Shown piece after piece: positions 52,641 to 62,970 of a DNA stretch of 64,000 bases; position 1 is the stretch's first letter, and each line of letters starts with the position of its first letter. The stretch is from an uncultured delta proteobacterium (GTDB taxonomy: Bacteria; Desulfobacterota; RBG-13-43-22). The translations under genes were made by a program, and so were the position numbers. A model generated the notes under the pieces. That model made no database searches. It had not been told where the DNA came from and was given only the letters and a program-made list of their open reading frames with translations. Where the stretch lies: positions 91,998 through 155,997 of the forward strand of contig CAWJJC010000006.1 in the NCBI GenBank assembly GCA_963843145.1. Direction: 5' to 3'.

Positions 52641-54220
52641 TTACTCATTTTTCGCCTCCCCGTCTGCGTCATCCGCGCTGGCAGGCATCGGGCGGACTAT
52701 CGACTCGATGAAGGTGATCTCACTCGCGGAGAGCGCATACTTGGCATAGAGGTCTTTGTCTGTCCACTGTCGGGTCCATTTCTGGATTGGCACGAAAGAG
52801 TACACCTTTCGCGTGACGTGTTGGGATGGCTTGTGCAGGAGAATCAAGAGACGAGTCAGCCGACAGGAAAGGTATGATAAAACGCTTTCAGCCTGACGCT
52901 TTGAGTCGAACGGGCCAATGCACAGATACGTTTCCGAAGAGATGCTCCCCGGCTCCCCGACGAATGGCGTGCTGATGATTCTGTGAGGGTAGGTATCTCT
53001 GTTGCCGGTCCCCGGCGCAGCATAGCTTGCGAAAAGCTTCCACTTGTCGATGAGTTCAGTGCCAATCGTGATCGAGTTTCTCGGTGTATATCCTGTACCA
53101 CCATTTTGATAAACCATCACGTCACCGGCACGTTTAGCTGCCTTGCCCTTAAACGTTGTCTCTAACCCGAACGGCTTCCTGGAACTTACCAGTCGGTCGA
53201 AACGCTTAATGTCAGGTAGGGTCAGCGATTGCGACTTCCGACTCTCGACAGCTATGACCTTCTTTAGGATCGACAGCCCTTCGTTAAAGCGGATGAACAC
53301 GTCCACCCCCTCTTCGAGCAGTGGACGACTGACTGTCGAAACTGGCCAGTCCTTGAAATGGGTGGTGACTCGGCAGGGCCCCGGATTGTCCCTGTCCCAC
53401 AGGAAGTAACAAACTCCGCCCTTGAGGCCCACCCCTGGGAAGACGTCCGATGCGCGGAGATAGTCGTCAATTGAGCGCAAACGATTGTCGGTAAGCATCG
53501 ACTCTCTGAACTCATCCAGCCCCTTACCTCCTGCGAACCATCGCGAAGGAATGATCATGGTCAAGATATCGCGGCTTCAGTTTCTTCGCCTGTTCAACAA
53601 ACTGGTGGTAGATCGGCGATGCGCTTCTGCCGAAACCCCCATCGCTCAACTGGTACGGGCGGATTTCCTATGATCACGTCAAATTTCATGTTGAATATAT
53701 CCTCCGGCTTGTCGGTGTGAATAAAGGCGTAGGCGTGGCTTTCGAGTTCGCCGCCCCGTTCGTAGTTCTCCTTGTTGGCTCCGCAGTACACACAACGGCC
53801 ATTTTTCCAGGAGTGTTCCACGCGCCCGAAACGGATGTTGCCTTCCGGGCTGTCGAAGGCTTCGCAGACGGAATACTTGCCGTTGGCCGTCTTGGAGCAG
53901 TACACGGACCGGCGCGAAAGCAGCGAGGTCAATTCCGTGATGGCGAGTCCGTAAAGCTGGTTCTTGAAAATGTGGTTCATCCGCTTCTGGCGGTCACGGA
54001 TTTGCGCTTCCAGCCCCTTGTCCAGCCGCTTGGCGATTTCGCGCAGGAATACGCCCGACTTACAGCCGGGATCGAAAAACGTGGATTTCTTGTCGCTCCA
54101 GAGTTCTTCCGGCAGCAGGTCAAGAATCTGGTTCACCAGTTGCGGCGGGGTGAAGACTTCATCGCTGCTGAGGTTGGCGATACAGGAAAGCACGTCGGGG
54201 TTGTAGTTACTGCTGAACAT
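52641..54220 (-). CDS. Eco57I-type adenine DNA methyltransferase with target-recognition region (indels near 53580-53655)
   Basis: [26 protein letters not shown](Y), [12 protein letters not shown]. Confidence 0.85.
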
Positions 54221-54881
54221 GGGCGATCTCCATGAAGTGAACCGGGGGATATTCCTTCTCCGGCGTGGGAATGAACACGTCCTCGCCTAGATCGGAGAAG
54301 AGCGGCAGTTCCTTCATGCCTTCGTGGTCCAGCAATCCGTGAAAGGTGAAGTCCCGCCGTTTGAGCATGCTCCCGTTGACCGGCGACCATTCGGAAAAGA
54401 CGATGTAGCCGGGAGGATCGCCAACCGTCTTGAGGGTGAGTGCGTCGCCCCAGATGATGTTTCGGTCGAGAATGAACCGGACGGCCTCGCGGCATTTGTT
54501 CTTGGTGCGGTTCTTGAACAGCCGGGAATAATAATCGCAGTCGAACACGCCATAGAGCCGGTGCCGACACTGCCGGACATTGTCCTCCAGGATGTCAATG
54601 CCATAGATCGAGGAAATGGCAAGGACGGCGTAGCGCTCAAAATCCAGTTGCGACTTCCCGTACCGCTTCTCGACCACCGCCAGCTTCCGTTCCAGAATCG
54701 CGGCCAGGAAGTTCCCGTTGCCGCAAGCCGGTTCAAGGAAACGGGAGTCAATCCGCTCCGTTTCCTGCTTCACCAGGTCGAGCATAGCGTTCACCTCGCG
54801 CTTCCCGGTCAACACCTCGCCATGATCGGCCACTCGTTTTTTTGATATGATCTGTTTGTCCATTGGTTCTCTGTCTGTCAT
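54207..54881 (-). CDS. Short SAM-binding methyltransferase-like RM subunit
   Basis: [45 protein letters not shown]. Confidence 0.82.
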   Translation of the reverse strand: MTDREPMDKQIISKKRVADHGEVLTGKREVNAMLDLVKQETERIDSRFLEPACGNGNFLAAILERKLAVVEKRYGKSQLDFERYAVLAISSIYGIDILEDNVRQCRHRLYGVFDCDYYSRLFKNRTKNKCREAVRFILDRNIIWGDALTLKTVGDPPGYIVFSEWSPVNGSMLKRRDFTFHGLLDHEGMKELPLFSDLGEDVFIPTPEKEYPPVHFMEIAHVQQ

Positions 54882-54890
54882 CTCCGAGTG

Positions 54891-55190
54891 CTAACGCGGC
54901 GTCGATCCGTGGCCCGCGGCCTGAAGGGCCGGGGCCGGGAAGAACTCGTGCCATAGGTGATACGGGGGATTGAATGCTTGGTAGACGACGCTGGCTCCGG
55001 TGGCCACCGTAGCCGCCTGAGTTGGGTCTGCGACGTCCGCCTTGGCCATCTCGACGTCGGCCGGCATCAAACCTGGACGCACTCCGCTTCGATTCACCGC
55101 GCGGACAGCGCGTTCTTGGCTCCGCAGTGCCCGCGCCGTCCAACACCCCACCGGGCCGGTTCCGAAGATCACGTGTAACTCCGCAGGCAT
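54891..55190 (-). pseudogene. NAD-dependent epimerase N-terminal fragment ending in an attC right half
   Basis: HVIFGTGPVG Rossmann motif, VRAVNRSG; ends at GTTAGCA (54889-54895). Confidence 0.65.
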
Positions 55191-55531
55191 TAGTCCTTCC
55201 TCTCAGGTGTGGGTTCCAGGCTAATTCTTTTAATTGGGTCCGATCCCGCATTAAAAGTCTTCATAAAATCCCGTGCCCGGCACCGCGTGTCTATAAAACC
55301 GGGCCGTCAGTTCACTCGGGATAAACAGGAATATCGCCGAAAAAGTCGGGGTTTGGAAAAACGTCGTCGGGGACGCCTCGCAAATACCCCGTTCCCCAGC
55401 CCTGGCCCTTGGCTCCGAAACCATTAAAGATAGCAAAAACAGGCTCTTTCTGTTAAGTTAACGGCGTTGGGTCCGACCCCGCTTTCCCACTCACATGCTA
55501 CTGTTAGGCAGCTTCATTCCGCCGTACTCAA

Positions 55532-57638
55532 TCACGGCATGAGCACCACCAAGTCGAGATAGGCGGTTCGTAGCTTGGCCACGAACTGGTTTCTCTCCTG
55601 GGCCTTGAGGTGCCGTGACTGCGCCGCCGTCTTCTTGTCGTAGGGGTGCGACACCGGAAGTTGGTTGCGGCGCGTGTTCATGTCCCGAAAGGAGTTGCCG
55701 ATGGTCGGACAGTTCTTCGAGAACGGTCCGTTCGTGTCCAGCGTGACCCCGAAGTCTACAAGCTGCCCCTTCTTGTCGATGATCGTGCAAGCCGCCGCGT
55801 GGCCCGTCGCCGCGAGGTGCCGCTACAGGGCCAGGAATACGGTCTGGTTGAACGAGTTCTGGCAGGCAAGCCAGAAAGAGAGGCCCCCCGGCGAACGCGG
55901 CTTCGGCCTGCTTCAGAAGACCCAGCGCGTGCACGTACTCGGCGCCAAGCAAGTGATGCCAGGACTTGCCGCGGGGCACCGCGTATCGCGCTGTGGAGAA
56001 TCTCGGCGATGGGATCGACCTTCGGGCCCGGGCGCGAGATGACGCCCAGCTCCCGCAGCGTGTTGGCGACCTGCGAGGGCAGCTGGCGATGGTCAGCCCG
56101 AAGGTCGATGGCGTCAAGCCACGCTCGTGCAGCGCTGAGCAGACCGACAACCCTGGCTCCGGCGTCGTTCGCCCAAGGAAGGTCTCAACGACTTCTCCCT
56201 TTGCGAACGCGGTCAGGAAGCACCGGGGCCAGCAGCGACTGGAGCAGCGGTGCCTGGTACTTCAGCCAACCTGCTGTGTCGAGTGACCGGAGGCCCCTCC
56301 GAGACGCAGAGGAAGTGGCAGGCGCCCCACCGCTCGACGAAGTTCTCCTGGGATCTCTGCTTCGCGATGTTGATGGCCCGGTCGTCGTGAGCGGTGTCGG
56401 ATCGCCGGCCGTCATGGACCGTGACTCCCGGACTGATACTTGGCCAGAACGTGCCATGCCTCGCCTCGAACGTATGGGTATGGATTCTGCTGCACCAGGC
56501 TGAGGCAGAGCCGCTCGATCGGCTTCCGGTAGTCGAAGCGGCCAAGGTACGCGAAGAACGCGTCGGCATGCTCCGGGTGGTGTGGAATCAGCCGTAGCAC
56601 CAGCTTCAGAAGGTCGCTGTCGGGCTCTGCTCGATAGAGGACGAACCGGAGCCGCGTTTTGTCTGTGACTCGGTATGGCTTCCCGCCAATCGCCGAGCGA
56701 AACGCCCGCCGAGCCTGCTTCCTGTCGATCGTCTCGGTGCCGCCCGCCCCGTGCTGCGGGTCCGAAATGCTGGGGAGCATCCCCATTGCCTCTTGGACAC
56801 TCTGGGCGCGCTTGATGGCGAACTTACCCGTCTGCGGGATGAGGCCTCGCTCGCGGCAGTGGCGTTCGATCTCGATCAGGTCCGCTCGAACCTCATTCTC
56901 GGTGGCGCCGAAGAGCCGCACGTCGTCGACGTACCGCGTGTACCCTCGCCGCTTCTGGAGCGCGAGGTCGATGGGGAGCAAGAAGCACTCGGCGAGAAAA
57001 TCGGACGCCAAGGGTCCTTGCGGCAGGCCGTGGCCGTGCCCCGAAACTGCTCGGTCGGAGCTCCAGGTCCGCAAACACTTCCCGATCCAATCGAGGTCAG
57101 CGTTGGTTATACGCGGGTAGATGGTCCGCAGCAGGAGTTCGTGCGAGATCGTGTCGTAGAAGGCTGCCAGGTCGAAATCGCCGACCCATCGCATGCCCGC
57201 TGGGTAGTGCTTTCGGATACGCCCTTGGAAGGCCCTGTAAGTGTTCTGCCAGCGGCGGAAGAAGAAGATGCTGTCGGGCTTCTCCAAGGATGTTGCTGAA
57301 GACGACCTTGAACTGAAGCTGGGCGCGCGCTGCTGCTGCATTCGATTCGCGGCGAGATTTGCAAATGCCTGCAGAACGACCTGGTCCTCGATGCTCAGCA
57401 GCGCTAACGGGCGATGGAGGCCCGAAGCCTTCGGAACGTAGATTCGCTCCGGGATGACGGGCCTCAAAGGCGCCACCCAGCAGCCGTTGACGGAGGTCCC
57501 GCAAGTTGGCGTCGAGCGCGACCTCATAGGCGTAGTAGACGCGCGGTAGAGCCGCTTGTACTGGTAGTTGCCGCCAGTGGTAATCCGTCTCCACGCCAGC
57601 TCAAGGTTCTGTTTGCTTGCAAGCTGGCTGATCCTCAT
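55532..57638 (-). CDS. Defence-type (UG/Abi-like) reverse transcriptase with helical region and C-terminal HEPN-like motif; about 700 aa, interrupted by indels and one TAG
   Basis: PK.SGL.RP, DLAAFYDTI.H, GLPQGPLAS, YTRYVDD; reconstructed C-terminus contains RRNQLPVSHPY (55646-55669) and stops at TGA 55532-55534. Confidence 0.8.
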
Positions 57639-57690
57639 CCGATCGTCACATTCGGTTGTTCTTAGACGTACACTGCGCAGGCCTTCGGGT

Positions 57691-57746
57691 GCCCAATCGC
57701 CGCGAATCAGCCGAACGGCTTTTTGTGTGACTTGAATCAGCCTTGT
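57691..57746 (-). other. attC site split by a group II intron (remaining left end at 58092-58097)
   Basis: Removing the intron gives TTCTAACAAGGCTGATTCAAGTCACACAAAAAGCCGTTCGGCTGATTCGCGGCGATTGGGC. Confidence 0.65.
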
Positions 57747-58091
57747 GTACGCTCGACACGGGCGTGATCTTATGGGGTGACCTTCGACCCTGCTCAGATC
57801 AAGGAAGTCCCCTATATGTAAATCCGTTACTGTCATAAGACAGGAACATAAATACTAGCCGAAAGCAAGGGCGATCTCGCGAGGGATCGTCCGTAGGAAG
57901 CTGGAGCGCAAAGCTATGAGCCAAGCCTGCCCCGGAGCTGATCCGGGGTACAGAAGCGGGTAAGTATCAATTGCCCGGCTACGGCTAGGTGGCCTCTGGG
58001 AACCGCCTAGTGCGGATGTCTTGAGCTTGTCGAAGGGGACCCGCATGCTAGGTGGTGGGGAGGGGGAGGGAAAAACTCTCCCTTACCCGAT
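57747..58091 (+). mobile_element. ORF-less group IIC(-attC) intron
   Basis: 5' GTACGCTCGACACGGGCG; DI-like GCAAGGG...GAAGCTGGAGCGCAAAG; DV GAACCGCCTAGTGCGG..CCGCATGCTAGGTGGT with CGC triad; DVI ending CTTACCCGAT; flanks TTGT and TAG. Confidence 0.85.
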
Positions 58092-58169
58092 TAGAAAAAA
58101 TTTGCGAAATAATAGCTTACTCCGTCTACCCTCAGAGCAATTTGTCAAAAGTGTAGACCTGACCCCGGT

Positions 58170-61100
58170 GTCCTCTGCTCCAATTCGTAACATACGAGGA
58201 AAAGTTTCACGCAGGAAGATACCGCCGACCGTGTCGCTCCCCGGCTCGCTTCAAGACGATACCAAGATTTATGCGCAGCGGCTTCCCAGCGCTCTCCAAC
58301 ATAGGCAGCAGTCGCTCGTTAACGAACGGCTCGGTTGCCGTCCGACCCAGCAGCAAGCCGTCGAATGCATTCCGTTTAAAATCAGAAAGGTCCCTCAAAA
58401 GGAATGCCACAGCGTCTTCGCTAAAGTCGTCAGTTGTAAGATCACTTCGGGCATTCAGAACCGTGAGTGCCAGGATTCCCCGATACTTTGAATCCGTTCT
58501 GTAAATTCTGCCAAAAACGCCTTCTGCGTCGCTTCTGCAAGCTTCATGGCAAAGAGTTTTGAGAGCCGGTCCCTAAACCACCATTGGGTTCTCACGGGAT
58601 CCTCGGCCTGCGAAAGCCAGTCCAGCCACCATGAGATATCACCGATGTCTAAAATGCCGATCTTGGGTTCCGCTGGCCCCATTGCCATTTTTTCTAAAAG
58701 GCACCAAGCAAGGTGAGCGTTGCGAAGTCTCAGCAGCCGCAGAAAAAGATCCTCGTGCCCAACCCAATTTAAATCCATCTGGGTGAAGATACTCCGGTTC
58801 AAGCTTCCGTTCCGTTGCGCTCATGGCCAAGAAACTCTCTAGTGCCCCAAAAACAGAATCTTCTGGCCGCCACGAAGAGTAAAAACAGAGCTGCCTGGCG
58901 AAGCCCCCTTGCGTCCGGGGCGTGTGTTTCCACCTCAGAGAAGCATATCTTGGACGCCCCTTGCAAAGAGTCTTAAGTGCATGCACCTCCCCAAGGTTCC
59001 TCTGCCATGTCACCAAGCAATTCTACCAGCCGCGAGACATGCTGCTCGTTGAAAGCATTCCAGGACAATTCGCGCTCCTCGCGACCGTGTTCGGCGATGA
59101 AGTAAATCGTGACGGCAGCTTCCTTGAAACCCGGAGCAATAATTCAGCGGCCGTTTCGAGTGCCTCCGTAGAATGCCTGTCTCGAATGCACTCCAAAACG
59201 ACCCGAGTCCGGGCTTTTATACAGCACTCGGCGTTCCCTTTTGGAAGAAGCGCCGCTGTAATTGCAGCAAGCTCTAACTCACCCATTGCCTCACTTATGC
59301 CGCACACGAAACCATGCGTGGCGGAGTCCGATTCATTGTCAGTCATTTCGTGCTCGATTGAATCGGCCATCTCGGCGATGCGAGTGAGGTCTTCCTTCAC
59401 AACGAATGGTCGTAAGGCCCTGCCAAGACCGCTACAGTAATTGTAATCTCCTCGTCTTTCGAGCAACGAGGCGAACATCTCGCTCTTCAATGCTAGCCCA
59501 TTGCAGTGCAGAAGTTTGGCCGCGGCACATCCGCCCACCATGTTCCCGCATTCCATTATGGCGCGAAGCTGCACTTCATGGGCCCCAGTCACGGGAACGT
59601 GCAGATCGAGAGCCAATTCAATCTGAAGGTCAAAGCCCTGCCGTTGCTCTATGCGAGCGGGGATTTCGGCGAGCAAACTTGCAACAACTACTTCACGATT
59701 GACTTCGAGATATTTCGCGGCCCGCAATGCGAGAGCAAAATCTGCGTTCATAACCGCCTCAAGGAATGGATTCGCTTCACTCTCGGGGAGAATGCTCAAA
59801 GTCAGGAGGATGGCTTGGTCCCATCGGTTCATAGTCAACTTCTCCTTGAGAATCGACGGGGTGGTTCGAAAACGGAGCGCCAGTTCATTCGCAGCCAAGA
59901 ACTCGGTCACTGATTGATGGAAAAAGGCAACTCGTTCGCCTGAGTATGGAAGAAGCACCGACTGGCTGACTAACCAACGCCCAAGCGTCTCGGGCGTGGG
60001 TTGCAGTAGTCCAAGCGCCTGCATCTCCTTGGTGAGCGATTGAAGGAGAGCCTGAACCGGCAATGCCTCTTCGCCTCTGCTGATTGCCTCGTATGCCAAC
60101 GGCGCCAAGACTTTGGCGAGGTTGAGGTGGCTACCAAAGCGTTCGGCGAATGCTGTCGATAGGTTGGAGAAAAAGGCGTGATAGAGGTTTCGTGGATCAG
60201 GCTGTTCCGGAAGTTTCACCCCTCCGCTAGTGACAAGTTGGAAATAGAATGGCTTTCTCAGCAGATCTCTGAGTTCATGCTTAAACGATCCGGAGAGTGT
60301 GATTCCCTTCTCTTTTAGTTGTTGCTCCAAAAAATCAGAATCAATCTCATCCAACCAGTAGCTGGGGAACCCGAACTTTGCTAGACCATCCTCGGTGCGA
60401 GAGCTGATGATTATCTCGACGGTTTGGTGATGCTTGACAAAAGCTGTAATATCAATCTCTTGCACGCCTCGTTCCCACTGGTCACGCGGCATTTCGTTGA
60501 ATGAATCTAAGAACACCCTCACTCGGAATCGGTTCGCCAACTCTTGAAGTGTAATTCCTGGTGGGAGTGTCATTTCCAGCATAGCACTCAGGTCACCTTT
60601 GTAGAGCTTCATGTCGGCATACATGGGAATGACGAGATCTTCGAGGACTGCCGGCTGTGCCAAACAAGAGTCATGGAGGCTCTGCGCCAACTGGGACACA
60701 GCTTTCTTGAGGCCATACGTTTTTCCGGCGCCAGGCAGACCAAGTAAGACGGCGCGTTGTGGACCATCTTTTAAAAATTCGTTGCATTCCGCGTGGTCCC
60801 AGCGGTCATGCGATGGATTTCCTGTGCGAGCATACCTCCAACCCTTGCTTGAATGGACTCGTAGTGGGAGTTCGGGGTTTGCTGATTCGAAACGCATTAA
60901 CCCACTTGCGTAGCGCAGGACGGAAAGGATCAATTCAGTGGCAACGTGGGGAATCGCGCCAGCAGCGTCCGCAGGGCTCAGTGGTTGGAGGCATTCGTCC
61001 AGCAACTCAAGGAGCTTGCCGTGGTCAGTTTTTCCGGTAGGCAATTCGCTTGTAGCATAACCGACCAGATGAATCCCGTAGTTCTTTCGCCAGTAATTGA

Positions 61101-61812
61101 CTTCGCCGCTACCCACGTCTGCCATGATCGCGTAGTGGTCTCGCGTTCCCCCTTTCCATGTGTTCGCGAGAACATCCCGGAGCAAAAGGAAGTCCGGATC
61201 ACGTAAACCAAAACCAAAATAAACCACACGCCGCGTTGCAAGCATGGTTTTGAGCGACTCCAGGGTATGTCTCCATTCCCCACCTTCTAGAAGCTTACGA
61301 TACTGCTCTCGGGTTAGAACAATGCTCTCGACGTCGCCCACATCACCGTGAGGCTTGAAGATGAAATCTACAGCTCTAGCCTGAATGATGTCGGCTTCCT
61401 CGAAGGGTTGCTTGTTTGTCACGACTCGAAACGATCGCCCGTGCTTCCATTTTCGCAGGCTTTCCTCAAGAAGTTGATCGTAGTTTGTCGTGATGAAGCA
61501 GCGCGGCCCAAGCGACACGATCTTGCGGTGGATTTCGTGAGGCGCAGCCGTTCCGAATTTGCAGGCGCTTCTGATGAAACCGCCAATTTCCCAAGGGTGT
61601 AAGTTGATCAAATCCGTAGCTCGCCGCTTGCAGGAGGTCTTGTTTAATTTCCTTTCTGACAAGTTCAGCATCTCGCCCAAAAAGTTGAGGAGGTCGGCTA
61701 ATTGATTGAGGAGTTCTGTCCAAGACGGGAGTTCTGACCAACAAGAAGTTCCGGAGCCGATGAACAGAACGGTGTCTTCCTGTTTGAGAGCTTGTTTGAG
61801 TTGTTCGATCAT
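58170..61812 (-). CDS. SIR2-NACHT (STAND) NLR-like defence protein; C-terminus fragmented or truncated
   Basis: VLFIGSG.S....PSW, ITTNYD.LLE, FKPHGD, YFGFGLRDP (SIR2); LLGLPGAGKT, VFLDSFNE, KPFY, FFHQSVTEFLAA (NACHT); downstream fragments 58639-59016, 58455-58802, 58207-58410. Confidence 0.82.
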
Positions 61813-61844
61813 GGATGTTGGCCTCCCTGGAAAGTTACGCGGCT

Positions 61845-62184
61845 CTAGTTGGTACCAAAGGAGCCTTTGATGGGGGCGTCGTCGAGCCGCAGGGGAATGA
61901 AGCGGCGCTCCTTGTTCAGCGGGTCGCGAAAGCGGAACGTGCCGGACTCCAACTGCGCCCAGTCCGAGCCGAACGCATTGGCCGACATGCAGAGCACCAG
62001 CACGCGCGAGTGCTCCAGCCCTTCCTCGATCTTTGCCGGGATGCTGTCGCCGGGCTTGAGCACCCATTCATCGAACCACACCTTCAGCCCGTCCTTCCGC
62101 AACCGCTCCGCCAGCGGGCGCACCACCGCCTTGTCCTTCGCGCTGTGGCTCAGGAAGACGTCGTAGGGGAAGTCCTCATTTACG
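61845..62184 (-). CDS. TIR domain (TIR_2-like); start codon uncertain
   Basis: YDVFLSHSAKDK, VWFDEW.L.PGDSI, S..AFGSDWAQLE (catalytic Glu position); GGAGGAG RBS precedes GTA at 62182-62184. Confidence 0.85.
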
Positions 62185-62201
62185 TGGCGGATCTCCTCCG
62201 C

Positions 62202-62240
62202 GTCTAACAATATATTGAATAGTTTCTTTTCAAAATCACG
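62202..62240 (-). other. Putative integron attI site
   Basis: AT-rich GAAACTATTCAATATATT followed by GTTAGAC, at an abrupt AT-to-GC switch just before the first cassette RBS. Confidence 0.55.
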
Positions 62241-62591
62241 AAGTTCTTGGATTCTCCGTATCAAATATTAAATTGTGTTTACATATCTATTTGATACTAT
62301 TTATTTAATTAACTTGTTCAATATTACATTCATACATTTAGTAGGATAACTGTTCAGTCCCGAAGCGGTCTGTTCCTGTTCCCATTCTGACGAGGTTTGA
62401 CGCCATTCCTGAAAAACGAGCCGTTGGGACGATTGGTAGATTGGAGCGGCCCTGGAGGCCGAGGGTTGGAAACGAACGCCGGCATTCGTAACTCCCATGT
62501 GCGCCGCTAAAACGGCGGCTTTATTGATATTGAAGGGATCGGATTACAAACAGGGTAATAAATTTTGATTGATTTTAGTCCAAAAAATGCC

Positions 62592-62690
62592 GTTGTCAAG
62601 GATTTTGCAGTAAATCCGGTTGGGTATATCGATTGCGGGGCGGGCAGGTCGACCAGCGGCAGGGCCTCGACCCGGTATAGAATGGATAGT
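62592..62690. repeat. About 100-bp degenerate direct repeat of 63327-63425 (3' end of the ATPase gene)
   Basis: GTTGTCAAGGATTTTGCAGTAAATCC...GGGCAGGTCGAC.AGCGGCAGGGCCTCGACCCGGT in both copies. Confidence 0.85.
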
Positions 62691-62970
62691 TTGTATGGCG
62701 GACCTTAAAAATTATAGGGAAGCCCTTCTTTTTAGGCGGTCCGTCCGTTCGACCGCTTCGGCCTGTCGATTTTTGTGCGATATGGATTAGAGACCGCAGC
62801 GCTTCATTAACCGCTTCCTCGGTCGGGAACACCTTGGCCACATCGGGGCTGAGCAGCACAAGGTTTGTGCCTTCGCGGTACGATTCCAAGTATTTGCCAC
62901 GTACTCCTGTCCCAAGGTCTTCCCGCTTATACTCCGAGCGGAGTTCGTTTAATTCCTTAGCGTTCTTCAT
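62596..62970 (-). CDS. BrnA-like antitoxin (C-terminus reads through into the duplicated segment)
   Basis: LRSEY....GVRGKY...Y..GTNLVLL.PDVAKVFPT.EAVNEALRSL. Confidence 0.75.
   Translation of the reverse strand: MKNAKELNELRSEYKREDLGTGVRGKYLESYREGTNLVLLSPDVAKVFPTEEAVNEALRSLIHIAQKSTGRSGRTDGPPKKKGFPIIFKVRHTNYPFYTGSRPCRWSTCPPRNRYTQPDLLQNP

Noticed and set aside
55823-55825. In-frame TAG in the RT as pyrrolysine or programmed readthrough
   Set aside because: A CAG-to-TAG change or a sequencing error is simpler in a gene that has several other lesions
26929-57638. Diversity-generating retroelement (Avd-like gene + RT)
   Set aside because: The genes are about 28 kb apart and I found no TR/VR pair; the 113-bp repeat has only 3 mismatches, not confined to adenines on one strand, and is explained by cassette duplication
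57639-57746. Retron msr-msd or DRT ncRNA upstream of the RT
   Set aside because: The space is short and is explained by the attC; no a1/a2 inverted repeats or VTG motif seen
55532-58091. The RT as the intron-encoded protein of the adjacent group II intron
   Set aside because: The RT lies outside the intron on the opposite strand, has YVDD with a long helical/HEPN-like tail, and shows no recognisable maturase domain
61813-62264. ORF-track starts at 62067 (1014 aa) and 62264 (TIR)
   Set aside because: The 62067 extension is an alternative frame of the TIR gene; the 62264 start crosses the putative attI into AT-rich non-coding DNA
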